Shown here: piece after piece, positions 1 to 7,952 of the stretch
How positions within the stretch are numbered: the stretch's first letter is position 1
How the letters are laid out: every line of letters begins with the position of its first letter
Source: a virus
DNA: 64,000 nt
Reading direction: 5' to 3' (one strand)
IMG/VR virus record: IMGVR_UViG_3300029551_000174
Span: 62,603 to 126,602 of that record
Notes under the pieces: generated by a model
The model's input: only the letters and a program-made list of their open reading frames with translations
What the model was told of the DNA's origin: nothing
Database searches by the model: none
Program-made: the position numbers and the translations under genes

Positions 1-619
1 AGATGGTTTTCTTGATACCAATTTACATACTTTAGCATCAGAAAAGGAGGCGAAATCTTTTATCAAATGTATTGAGGAAAAATTAGGTGGCAAACTCAAT
101 CGTGAGACTCTTGAAGTAGAGAAGACTCAGCCAGAGTTCAAGGATGGGGATATAGTAACTATGCATAAGAAAAACTGTGATATAGTGTTCATTTTTAATA
201 GACTGAAAACTGAAGGTTCTTTCTATTATTACGCTTTCCATGCACTCCAAACAAATACAGGTATAATAGATTGTCATACTACATTGCCTTGTGCGTGGAC
301 ATTTTTTGAGGGCAAAATGAATTTTGCCACAGACTCAGAGAAGCAGCAGCTCTTTGGTGCTCTCGCAAAGGAAGGCAAGGCTTGGGATGCTGATAAGAAA
401 ATGATTGTGAACTTGAAGCCAAAGATTGAGCTGAAACCATTCGATAAGGTGTTGGTAAGAAATCAAAAAACAGAGGAATGGAGTGCAAATATATTTAGCC
501 ATACAGATAAGACTGATGAATATCTTGACTATGTATGTGTTAATGGCAGATGGGAGTTCTGCATCCCTTACATCGGTAATGAGCATTTGTTAGGTACAAC
601 TAAAGATGTGGAGGTATGA
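1..619 (+). CDS. hypothetical protein, 5'-partial (start lies upstream of window); paralog of CDS 45067..46035
   Basis: Open frame from nt 1 to stop at 617-619. nt 1-170 are ~98% identical to 45421-45590, and the C-terminal 90 aa (SEKQQLF.ALAKEGKAWDA...GNEHLLGTTKDVE) align to the C-terminus of 45067..46035. Confidence 0.55.
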   Translation, partial: DGFLDTNLHTLASEKEAKSFIKCIEEKLGGKLNRETLEVEKTQPEFKDGDIVTMHKKNCDIVFIFNRLKTEGSFYYYAFHALQTNTGIIDCHTTLPCAWTFFEGKMNFATDSEKQQLFGALAKEGKAWDADKKMIVNLKPKIELKPFDKVLVRNQKTEEWSANIFSHTDKTDEYLDYVCVNGRWEFCIPYIGNEHLLGTTKDVEV

Positions 620-620
620 G

Positions 621-642
621 CGTGAGACACACGTTAGCAACT
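621..642 (+). promoter_or_regulatory. Conserved hairpin element, copy 1 (cgtg-agaca-cacg + ttagcaact)
   Basis: Sequence motif shared with at least 11 other sites. Lies directly after the stop codon of the upstream CDS. Confidence 0.5.
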
Positions 643-667
643 TTGCTATGCAGAGAAAGGAAAGGCA

Positions 668-1270
668 GTGCGTGCATTGAAGACCAACTTCATTGAGAAT
701 GTGGATTTTATCAGTATTGCCAAAAATGGCAAAACTGCAACAGGTGGTTACAAAGAGGTTAGCTATCACCTCACCTCCGCTTGTTTGGAATATTTTGTTG
801 CTCGCAAGGTTCGTCCGGTGTTTGAAGTGTACCGCAAGGTCTTTCATTGTGTAGCACAAGGCATCATACCTTCTTATCAGATTGAAGACCCAATTGAGAG
901 AGCGAAGCGTTGGATAATGGAGCAGGAAGAGAAGAAAGCCATTGAGGAAAAGAACAAGGAAATGCAGCCAAAGGCAGAATACTTTGACAACTTAGTTGAC
1001 AAAGGTTTGCTTACGAACTTCCGAGATACAGCAAAGGAGATTGGTATGAAGCAGAATCTGTTCATCAAAACCTTGATTAAGAAAAAATACGTCTATCGTG
1101 ATAAACAGAATCACATTAAGCCATATTCGCAATACAATGGTGACTTGTTTAAGGTGAAAGACTGGGGAAACGACAAAGTTGTAGGTACAAGAACACTAAT
1201 CACACCAAAGGGAAAGGAGACATTCAGACTGCTTTTCGGAAATGGTAATATGCCTTCGTTGAATTTCTAG
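668..1270 (+). CDS. AntA/KilA-C type phage antirepressor-like protein
   Basis: GTG start. The N-terminal region resembles the AntA domain (KEVSYHLT..CLEYFV...VFEVYRK). The C-terminal KilA-C-like block (NLVDKGLLTN..KQNLF.K.L......NGDLFKVKDWG...TLITPKGKETF) resembles the C-terminal half of 3073..3999. Confidence 0.55.
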   Translation: MRALKTNFIENVDFISIAKNGKTATGGYKEVSYHLTSACLEYFVARKVRPVFEVYRKVFHCVAQGIIPSYQIEDPIERAKRWIMEQEEKKAIEEKNKEMQPKAEYFDNLVDKGLLTNFRDTAKEIGMKQNLFIKTLIKKKYVYRDKQNHIKPYSQYNGDLFKVKDWGNDKVVGTRTLITPKGKETFRLLFGNGNMPSLNF

Positions 1271-1274
1271 GTAA

Positions 1275-1300
1275 AGGGAGAGGAATATCATTTCCCCTCC
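1275..1300. terminator. Bidirectional hairpin terminator between convergent genes (gggagaggaata-catttcccctcc)
   Basis: Inverted repeat. A near-identical copy occurs at 17836-17862. Confidence 0.5.
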
Positions 1301-1367
1301 TTTGCCTTAATCTCCAGCTCGATAGGCTTGCCACAATGAGGGCAAACAAATGTTGGCTTAGATGGCT

Positions 1368-1691
1368 CTATTTCATATTTGAAGAAGTTTCCAGCTTGTC
1401 AACAATAGAACGAAGTTCTTGCAAGGAAGACGCTACAAATGTATCTCCATTTTCTGAGCGGACAAATGCACAGAAGTTAAACCTAGGCGAACACTCGCAG
1501 TAGATGTCTTCTGGGTCAACAAACAATTGCCAAGTTGGAATACCAAGAAGTTGTGCTATTTCTTCCAACCTCGCTTTTGTAGGGTTGCCATTGATAATGT
1601 TAGGGATACTTTGCTTGGTTATCCCTAACATCTTAGCAAAAGTAGTCTTTGTGATGCCTTTTTGCTTTAATATTTCTTCTAGTCTATACAT
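1368..1691 (-). CDS. XRE-family helix-turn-helix transcriptional regulator (CI/Cro-like), copy 1
   Basis: HTH signature (TKTTFAKMLGITKQSIPNIINGNPTKARLEEIAQLLGI). Divergent from the rightward genes across an AT-rich promoter region. Paralog of 18021..18269. Confidence 0.7.
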   Translation of the reverse strand: MYRLEEILKQKGITKTTFAKMLGITKQSIPNIINGNPTKARLEEIAQLLGIPTWQLFVDPEDIYCECSPRFNFCAFVRSENGDTFVASSLQELRSIVDKLETSSNMK

Positions 1692-1844
1692 ATTATATAT
1701 ATATTAAATGATTGTACGAACTTATTCGTTTGCAAAGGTACGATTAAATTACGAAAGTAAGAAGAGAATATTACTAATAAATGTGAATAAATATGGTGGT
1801 TTGAATATATTCGTACTAACAAAAGTTAAATATAAGAAGATTTT

Positions 1845-1890
1845 CATACTTTCTCTTGGTAATATGAGAAGATATTCGTACCTTTGCAAT
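1845..1890 (+). promoter_or_regulatory. Bacteroidetes sigma-A promoter (-7 'tacctttgca')
   Basis: TAnnTTTG -7 consensus at 1879-1888, upstream of CDS 1975. Confidence 0.5.
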
Positions 1891-1943
1891 GTCTTTAAGA
1901 GATAAAGGCTTTAAAGTTTAACTATCAATTGCTGTTATGCAGC

Positions 1944-1966
1944 CGAGTCGGCACTCGTAAAACGGT
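1944..1966 (+). promoter_or_regulatory. Leader hairpin variant (cgag-tcggca-ctcg + taaaacggt)
   Basis: Same architecture as 18550-18573 (cgtg-ttcggca-cacg + taaaacggt), with a compensatory stem change. Confidence 0.5.
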
Positions 1967-1974
1967 TTGAGGAT

Positions 1975-2313
1975 ATGACTACTTCAATTAAGAACAAGAT
2001 GAGAAAGGTAATGCAGTTGGCACATAGAGCCTATCAGTTGAAATCAAGTTCAATGTCTTGGGTTGAGTGCTTGAAACAGGCTTGGCAGGTCGTAAAGCTT
2101 GAGGCAGCGATGAAGACCAAGGTTGTAGAGTTCTTCTTTATGAAGATGAATGGTGAGGTAAGACAAGCCTTTGGTACTCTCCTTCAGAGCCACATTGACT
2201 ATACTCCAAATGGTACAGGGCATGCAGCATCAAGAGATTGCATCCGCTATTGGGATGAGGCAAAGGGTGCATGGAGACAATTCAAGGCTTATAACTTCTT
2301 GCGAGTTGCATAA
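1975..2313 (+). CDS. hypothetical protein (paralog of 18799..19128)
   Basis: 112 aa. About 40% identical to the 18799 product (…FFMK.NGE.R.AFGTL…RQFKA.N..RVA). Confidence 0.6.
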   Translation: MTTSIKNKMRKVMQLAHRAYQLKSSSMSWVECLKQAWQVVKLEAAMKTKVVEFFFMKMNGEVRQAFGTLLQSHIDYTPNGTGHAASRDCIRYWDEAKGAWRQFKAYNFLRVA

Positions 2314-2407
2314 AGATATATACACGTTCAAAGGTGTTTGGCGAGGCTTGATAGGGGGTGTGCCTTTAAACACCCCTTTAATTTAGGACTTTTAAAGTAT
2401 TTGAGAT

Positions 2408-2656
2408 ATGGAGACAAATATTAAGGTTATCAAGGTTGTAGGTTACAAGGGTCACAAGCTGACTTTGGTAGAAGACGTTTTTAGACAGCAGTCTGTACGC
2501 ATAGATGGTGTTGTTGAACCGGACTATGCTAGCATAGCCGATGCAAAACGAGTAATCAATGGTAAAGCCCCTAAATGGTTTGAGGATGGCTATATGTGGG
2601 ACGAAGCTAGCAAGAAGGTAGTGAAAGACCCTAACGCTTTTCGATGGGAGGAGTAA
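2408..2656 (+). CDS. hypothetical protein
   Basis: ORF in the co-directional gene series. Confidence 0.45.
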   Translation: METNIKVIKVVGYKGHKLTLVEDVFRQQSVRIDGVVEPDYASIADAKRVINGKAPKWFEDGYMWDEASKKVVKDPNAFRWEE

Positions 2657-2660
2657 GAAA

Positions 2661-2957
2661 ATGGATGAGAATTTCTTGAATGTGCTCTATATCGAACACA
2701 CAGACAAAATAGGCGTTTTAAAGGATGATAAGGGCGAAAGGGTATCAATTATCCTTGGGACAGACAAAACGCTTGTAGAACGCAAGAGAGAGGGTAAAAC
2801 GTACCTTCTTGTACCTTTGACAAAGAACCATACATTTGTCTGCAAGGGTGATAGTATTAATGTTGATGGTGAGCATATCAAGAGTGAAATCTTCTTCCGT
2901 AAGGATGGTGCTCAGTGGATTGAGATTGACAAAGAAACGTTATCTAAGGTAGCGTAA
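2661..2957 (+). CDS. hypothetical protein (paralog of 19522..19821)
   Basis: 98 aa. Motif NVLYIEH.DKIGVL...TYLLVPLTK.H.F.C....I.VDG..I.S.IFFRKD..QWI shared with the 19522 product. Confidence 0.6.
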   Translation: MDENFLNVLYIEHTDKIGVLKDDKGERVSIILGTDKTLVERKREGKTYLLVPLTKNHTFVCKGDSINVDGEHIKSEIFFRKDGAQWIEIDKETLSKVA

Positions 2958-3072
2958 TATATTATATAGGTTACTTGGCAGCGAGTCGTGAGCGGGACAC
3001 GACAGAAATATAAACTCCCACTGGTATGCTGCCAATAACCTTTTTTGTTTAACAATTTAAATTAGTTTTAAA

Positions 3073-3999
3073 ATGACAGGATTCAAAAGTGAAAATGTCG
3101 AATTGGAGGCTTTGCCAGTAGCCTCATCAGTTTTAAACAACTTCAAAGAAGGAGGTGTTAGAGTTGTAGAAATTATTGAGCATGACGGCAAGCAATCCGT
3201 GAACGCAAGGGAACTGCACCAAAAGTTGGGCAGCAAGCAGCAGTTTGCTAATTGGATTAGAAATCGTATTGAAAAGTACGGATTCGTTGAAAATCAAGAC
3301 TTTTGCTCATTTAATAAAGTTATTAAACGAGAAAATGGTGCTACAACAGTTACAGAGTATGCCCTTTCGCTAGATATGGCGAAGGAGTTGTGCATGGTTG
3401 AGAACAACGAGAAAGGCAGGATGATTCGCAAGTACTTTATTGAGGTTGAGAAGAAGGCTAGAACACAAAATCCATTTGCAATTCCTCAGACTTATTCTGA
3501 AGCCTTGCTTCTTGCTGCAAACCAAGCAAAGCAAATCGAAAAGCAGCAATTGGCATTGGAGCAGAAGAAAATTGAGAATGACAAGCTGGTTGCAGATGGT
3601 AAGCGCAAGGACGCAACCATAGTACGTATGAAGCCTAAAGAGGTATTCACGGATGCGGTTGCAGGTAGCAAGGGCAATTGCCTAGTTGGTGAGGTTGCGA
3701 AGTTGATAACCCAGAATGGCTACAAGATTGGCGAAAAGCAATTTTTTGCTTGGTTGCGTGATAATGGCTACCTTGGAAAGAAAGGAGAGCGTTACAATAT
3801 TCCTAACCAGCAGTATATGGGTAAGAATCCTTTGTTTTATATCAAGAGAGGTGTGCGACAGGGTGATAATGGAGTGTTGCACACGACAAGTACAACAATG
3901 CTGACACCAAAGGGACAGATTTATTTCGTAAACAAGTTCCTTGGAAAAGGAGGTTTGCAAGGCGATCTGTTTGCGAATGGTGAGGCACACGATAAATAA
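3073..3999 (+). CDS. Phage antirepressor, Bro-N domain + KilA-C domain
   Basis: N-terminus (VEIIEHDGKQSVNARELHQKLGSKQQFANWIRNRIEKYGFVENQDF) is typical of Bro-N. C-terminal KilA-C-like region. Paralogs at 20277..21158 and 16936..17688. Confidence 0.75.
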   Translation: MTGFKSENVELEALPVASSVLNNFKEGGVRVVEIIEHDGKQSVNARELHQKLGSKQQFANWIRNRIEKYGFVENQDFCSFNKVIKRENGATTVTEYALSLDMAKELCMVENNEKGRMIRKYFIEVEKKARTQNPFAIPQTYSEALLLAANQAKQIEKQQLALEQKKIENDKLVADGKRKDATIVRMKPKEVFTDAVAGSKGNCLVGEVAKLITQNGYKIGEKQFFAWLRDNGYLGKKGERYNIPNQQYMGKNPLFYIKRGVRQGDNGVLHTTSTTMLTPKGQIYFVNKFLGKGGLQGDLFANGEAHDK

Positions 4000-4003
4000 A
4001 CTG
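3979..4003 (+). promoter_or_regulatory. Conserved hairpin element overlapping the 3' end and stop codon of the antirepressor gene (ggtg-aggca-cacg + ataaataaactg)
   Basis: Motif; encodes the C-terminal residues GEAHDK*. Confidence 0.5.
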
Positions 4004-4095
4004 TATTGTTAATAATGTGGGGACGTGGTTAGGCTGCGTCTCCACAATAAAAAAAAGATAGATGCAAGATATTAACAAATTATCAAGAAGAGACG

Positions 4096-4353
4096 ATGAA
4101 AGTATATGTAGTAATTTCTTCATACCAACATGGGTTGGGTGAAGCAGTGGAGGTTGATGCAGAAGTCTTCTCTACCATAGATAAGGCAAGAAAAGCGATA
4201 AGACACAAAGGGATGAACACTTTGGAGAATTACAAGCGAGTTTTGAATTGCGATGATTATCTATGCAATATCTCAGATTCTTTCTTCCATATCTCAGACA
4301 GCGAAGGAGAAACGTGGGATAATTTCGACATCGTAGAACAAGAATTAAAATAA
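4096..4353 (+). CDS. hypothetical protein
   Basis: ORF in series. Confidence 0.4.
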   Translation: MKVYVVISSYQHGLGEAVEVDAEVFSTIDKARKAIRHKGMNTLENYKRVLNCDDYLCNISDSFFHISDSEGETWDNFDIVEQELK

Positions 4354-4360
4354 TAAAGCT

Positions 4361-4609
4361 ATGAAGATTGATGTTATCAAAAATATTTTGGAAGATGCGA
4401 AGGAGTGTGGTTGCCTTGTGACAATTACACTTGTAAATGGACAAGTATCTCATGTAAATTTCAGTAAGCATATAAAGAAGTTTACTACTACAGATGATGT
4501 TATCTTAGACGAGGATGGGCATCTTGTGACAATAATTGATACGGATGGAAGTTGTGACTACATTGATAGCGATTCCATCATTCGTATATTTAGTAAAGAA
4601 GGTTTATAA
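4361..4609 (+). CDS. hypothetical protein
   Basis: ORF in series. Confidence 0.4.
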   Translation: MKIDVIKNILEDAKECGCLVTITLVNGQVSHVNFSKHIKKFTTTDDVILDEDGHLVTIIDTDGSCDYIDSDSIIRIFSKEGL

Positions 4610-4628
4610 CAATTGATTAGATAAGAAT

Positions 4629-4877
4629 ATGGATGCTGGTCATGTGAATGTGATATTGGGCGAAGCCGAGAACAAAGGTCTTAGAGGAAATATCAACTTG
4701 GTAGGTGGAGCAAAGATAAGTTTCGACTTCAATAGTGTTGGTGGTGAAACCTCTTTCAATTGCAATACAAAGAACAGAACACTTATGATTGGGAGTGGGA
4801 ATACAGTAGTATTCACACGTAAATACATAGATTGCAACTCTATCCAGTATATTGAGATAGTTGAGCGTACAAACTAA
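4629..4877 (+). CDS. hypothetical protein
   Basis: ORF in series. Confidence 0.35.
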   Translation: MDAGHVNVILGEAENKGLRGNINLVGGAKISFDFNSVGGETSFNCNTKNRTLMIGSGNTVVFTRKYIDCNSIQYIEIVERTN

Positions 4878-4894
4878 TTCTAGGAGATAAGAAT

Positions 4895-5179
4895 ATGGAT
4901 ATATTAGATTATTATGAGGTTGTCTCCTCAAAGATTTCCAAGTTGGAAAGCATGAACGAGGGGCTTGTATTAATAGCACCGGAGCAGGAGGTGGATGGAA
5001 TCCGTTCCTTGATGGTGGGATTATATGTGCTAGAGCATAAACGATACAAGATGTACATATTCAACTCCTCTATGAATGAGGGTGAACTTGGTGACAAGTA
5101 CAAGGCGATGGTCAGTACGATGGATGTACTTAAACCGGATTGGGACAGAATCAAAGAGAAAAGGCGGAAGAGGATTTAA
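4895..5179 (+). CDS. hypothetical protein
   Basis: ORF in series. Confidence 0.4.
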   Translation: MDILDYYEVVSSKISKLESMNEGLVLIAPEQEVDGIRSLMVGLYVLEHKRYKMYIFNSSMNEGELGDKYKAMVSTMDVLKPDWDRIKEKRRKRI

Positions 5180-5319
5180 CTAACCTCTTACAGCCTTAAG
5201 TACAGAAGAAACATACTTGATGGTTATTTATCTGAATACATCAAGCAAAAGTGTGTTGAAATATCTGAGAATGCAAATTATTTCAAGATTATTTTTAGAA
5301 AAGATGAAAATAAATTAGA

Positions 5320-5360
5320 GTTTCCTTGCATTTCTCGAAGGTTTTTGTTACCTTTGCGGA
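5320..5360 (+). promoter_or_regulatory. Bacteroidetes sigma-A promoter (-7 'ttacctttgcgg')
   Basis: TTG near 5327. TAnnTTTG at 5349-5358. Confidence 0.45.
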
Positions 5361-5384
5361 TGCAAATAATAAAACAATGAGCTT

Positions 5385-5789
5385 ATGAAAGTATTATCTA
5401 TTCGCCAGCCGTATGCTTGGTTAATCGCTATCGGCTGCAAGACCATTGAAAACAGAACCTGGAATAGAAAGTTCCGTGGTCGTTTCCTTATTCATGCTAG
5501 CCAAGCCAAACCTGAAAAACTTGACGGATGGCAGGAGAGCGCAATGAAGAAATATTGCCAAGAGCATGGTATTGTTATTCCGGACTTCAAAGACTTACCA
5601 ACGTCAGCCATTATCGGCAGCGTAGAATTGGATGATATTCAATTCCATGAGGCTTATCCGGATGCGTTTGCTGAAGATTTTCAGTATCACTGGTTCTTGA
5701 AGAATGCTAAATTGTTCGATGAGCCGATTAGAAACGTCAAAGGCAAGTTGTTTCTCTGGGATTATGAGTACAATGAAGCCAAAAAGTAA
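5385..5789 (+). CDS. ASCH (ASC-1 homology, PUA-like) domain protein
   Basis: N-terminal signature LSIRQPYAWLIAIGCKTIENRTW, the GxKxxExR pattern of ASCH domains. Confidence 0.6.
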   Translation: MKVLSIRQPYAWLIAIGCKTIENRTWNRKFRGRFLIHASQAKPEKLDGWQESAMKKYCQEHGIVIPDFKDLPTSAIIGSVELDDIQFHEAYPDAFAEDFQYHWFLKNAKLFDEPIRNVKGKLFLWDYEYNEAKK

Positions 5790-5904
5790 AATAACAATAC
5801 TTCTGTAATAAAAATACAAGTCATTGGAAATTAGCGCAAAAGTGTTTGTTCTTCTAAAAGTTAGATAAGAAGTAAATGTAAACATATTATTAAATGTATA
5901 GAAT

Positions 5905-6378
5905 ATGAAGAAGGTCTTATATTTTATTTCTTTTGTTGTGCTCTTGTTGACTAGTTGCACATCAAAGGAAAACAAAGCAGATGCCCTTATTAAGGCAAGA
6001 GGGTTTGAGTGCGCCAATGTAGAGAAGTTAGAGGAATTTCAATGCAATCCTGCTTCTGCCGAAATGATTATGGTTGCTTATAATAGTTTGTGGCGCAACG
6101 ACTCGTTGTCTAGGAATATGCATTTGTCTAGTAGTAATATCAATTATGTTTATAATGAGATACAAAGACAAGAGCAAAATGCAAAAAATCTGTTGGAAAA
6201 AGCTGATGAGATTAGCATGATTAATAATCACACAGAATTATGTGGTTATTATGTTGTTATCTCTCCCGACAAGATTAATGGTGCGTATATAGACAAAAAT
6301 AGAAAATGTACAAGATATGAAGTCTTCTTCGATAAAGATGTCGAACGCATCATAGGAATACATCCAATTCGTAAATAA
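5905..6378 (+). CDS. Lipoprotein (signal peptide + lipobox LLTSC)
   Basis: MKKVLYFISFVVLLLTSCTSKENK. Moron-like position. Confidence 0.6.
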   Translation: MKKVLYFISFVVLLLTSCTSKENKADALIKARGFECANVEKLEEFQCNPASAEMIMVAYNSLWRNDSLSRNMHLSSSNINYVYNEIQRQEQNAKNLLEKADEISMINNHTELCGYYVVISPDKINGAYIDKNRKCTRYEVFFDKDVERIIGIHPIRK

Positions 6379-6432
6379 ACGAATTAACAGGTTTAGTGTT
6401 GTAAAGTTAGTATATTGACAATTTAAATAAAT

Positions 6433-7179
6433 GTGATTATGAAGAAGAAATTAATAATTGCCATCATCGTAGCCATTCCCTTGTTGATGGTGTGCAGTGG
6501 ATGTGGAAATAAAAACAAACAACCTACTATCGAGGAGCAGATTGCACGTAACAAATATATAGACAAGATTATGTGTAATGATTCATGTAAGGCAAAACGT
6601 GATGTAGTTTTAAAGAAATATTTCGGTTCAAACTATACTTTAGCCAAAAGTAAAATTAACAATTATGACAGCAATTATAATTGGGGATTTTTTATGGACG
6701 ATGGAGTCTTAGATGGCACAATAAATGGAGCAAAGGGAAAATATGAATATCATATAGATATTACGGTTTCTATAGAAAATCCACTCGATTGGACACTTAC
6801 GGAATTTCGTGTAAAGGATATAAAAACACAACATTACGTTTATGTAATAAGAAATGGAAGTGAAGAAAATGTAGAGGAGTATGAGAAGGCAATTACAACG
6901 AGCAATTCAGAAAGTGATATATATGTTTCTGATGAAGACTTATCCGCAATCGAGGATGCTTTGCAAAGAGAATGGGATATTAGTAACGCTTCTAGTGCTG
7001 TAGGTGCAGAAAGTTCAAATGTCTTCAAGGTCAAGAAAGAAAGTGTCAGCGGAAATGAGGTAACTGTTTCTTATTCTTTGCGTTCAACCTATGGTGGTCA
7101 GAAGAAATTCGTTGATTTGCATGGCGTTGTTAAGAAGAATAGTGATGGCTCTTGGAGTGTTGTAAACTTAGGCTATTAA
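6433..7179 (+). CDS. Lipoprotein (lipobox MVCSGCG)
   Basis: Hydrophobic N-terminus followed by Cys. Confidence 0.6.
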   Translation: MIMKKKLIIAIIVAIPLLMVCSGCGNKNKQPTIEEQIARNKYIDKIMCNDSCKAKRDVVLKKYFGSNYTLAKSKINNYDSNYNWGFFMDDGVLDGTINGAKGKYEYHIDITVSIENPLDWTLTEFRVKDIKTQHYVYVIRNGSEENVEEYEKAITTSNSESDIYVSDEDLSAIEDALQREWDISNASSAVGAESSNVFKVKKESVSGNEVTVSYSLRSTYGGQKKFVDLHGVVKKNSDGSWSVVNLGY

Positions 7180-7295
7180 CAGTTTTAGTTTAAAAATAGT
7201 TTGTTTGGCATGTTACAAGACTAATAATATAATAAGGTATAAATTTTAAAATAGGTTTTCAAAAGAAAATAAAGCTTAAAAGAATAAAGAAATAC

Positions 7296-7338
7296 ACTAA
7301 ATAATTTGCGTGTTTCAGAAATTATGCTTACCTTTGCA
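7296..7338 (+). promoter_or_regulatory. Bacteroidetes sigma-A promoter (aataatttgcg ... ttacctttgca)
   Basis: -33/-7 consensus, with no downstream CDS for more than 300 nt. May drive a non-coding transcript across the 7440-7565 repeat region. Confidence 0.4.
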
Positions 7339-7439
7339 AACGAAATCAGAAATGGTTCAAAAATCTCATAATTCGCAACTTACCACGTTATGTGAAGAAT
7401 GAGTTTTTTCAAGTACGTATGCAACTAAAAAAAAAGGTT

Positions 7440-7565
7440 GTTCAATTCTACTTGGGAAATATGGTATAGTAAAGTATTGTGCGGTACAGTAAAGTGCAGT
7501 ATAGTTCTGTTTAGTTTAGTACAGTTCTGTAAAGTAGAGTAATGTAAAGTACAGTGAAGTAAAGT
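7440..7565 (+). repeat. Array of short degenerate repeats (GTAAAGT / GTACAGT units)
   Basis: aagtattgtgcggtacagtaaagtgcagtatagttctgtttagtttagtacagttctgtaaagtagagtaatgtaaagtacagtgaagtaaagtgagcc. Confidence 0.5.
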
Positions 7566-7596
7566 GAGCCATCCTTTGGGGTGGCTCTTTTTTGTT
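7566..7596 (+). terminator. Rho-independent terminator (gagccatcc-tttg-gggtggctc + T-run)
   Basis: Stem-loop followed by TTTTTT. Confidence 0.6.
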
Positions 7597-7629
7597 AATA
7601 GTGGTTAATATAACAAAAATGTTACCATA

Positions 7630-7676
7630 AAATTTGGTCGTATAACAAATATGTTATATCTTTGCATTGTCTTAAG
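7630..7676 (+). promoter_or_regulatory. Bacteroidetes promoter upstream of hicA (-7 'ttatatctttgca')
   Basis: Consensus motif. Confidence 0.5.
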
Positions 7677-7697
7677 GACAAAAGAGTTCTTGTAACA

Positions 7698-7880
7698 ATG
7701 AAGAAAAGCGAATTGATTAAGAGACTGAGAGAAGCGGGATGCTTCCTGTCTCGACAAGGTTCGGGACATGAAAAATGGACTAATCCAAAAACGGGAAAGT
7801 CTCAATTCGTGCCAAGACACGCTAGAGAGGTCGCCACAGGCACCGCTCATAGTATTCTAAGAGAATTGGTTGGGGAGTAA
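7698..7880 (+). CDS. hicA: HicA family toxin (mRNA interferase), type II TA
   Basis: MKKSELIKRLREAGCFLSRQGSGHEKWTNPKTGKSQFVPRH.REV..GTAHSILREL is a canonical HicA signature. Start moved to an internal ATG of track ORF 7662..7880. Confidence 0.8.
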   Translation: MKKSELIKRLREAGCFLSRQGSGHEKWTNPKTGKSQFVPRHAREVATGTAHSILRELVGE

Positions 7881-7952
7881 TCCCCACCTTTCTCTCTTCA
7901 TTGCTTAAAGGACTCTTTTTTTTGTTAAGAAGATAAACGAATATATATATAT

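Noticed and set aside
1-170. Window wrap-around or terminal redundancy (1-170 identical to 45421-45590)
   Set aside because: Homology ends abruptly at nt 170, and both copies are internal parts of distinct paralogous genes. This is not a genome end.
1708-1905. ORF 1708..1905 between the divergent HTH and rightward genes
   Set aside because: It is AT-rich, overlaps the predicted promoter (-7 box at 1879) and has no paralog in the duplicated module. Likely non-coding.
7440-7565. Possible CRISPR array
   Set aside because: Repeat units are only 7-9 nt, degenerate and without regular spacers. No other direct-repeat/spacer architecture exists anywhere in the window.
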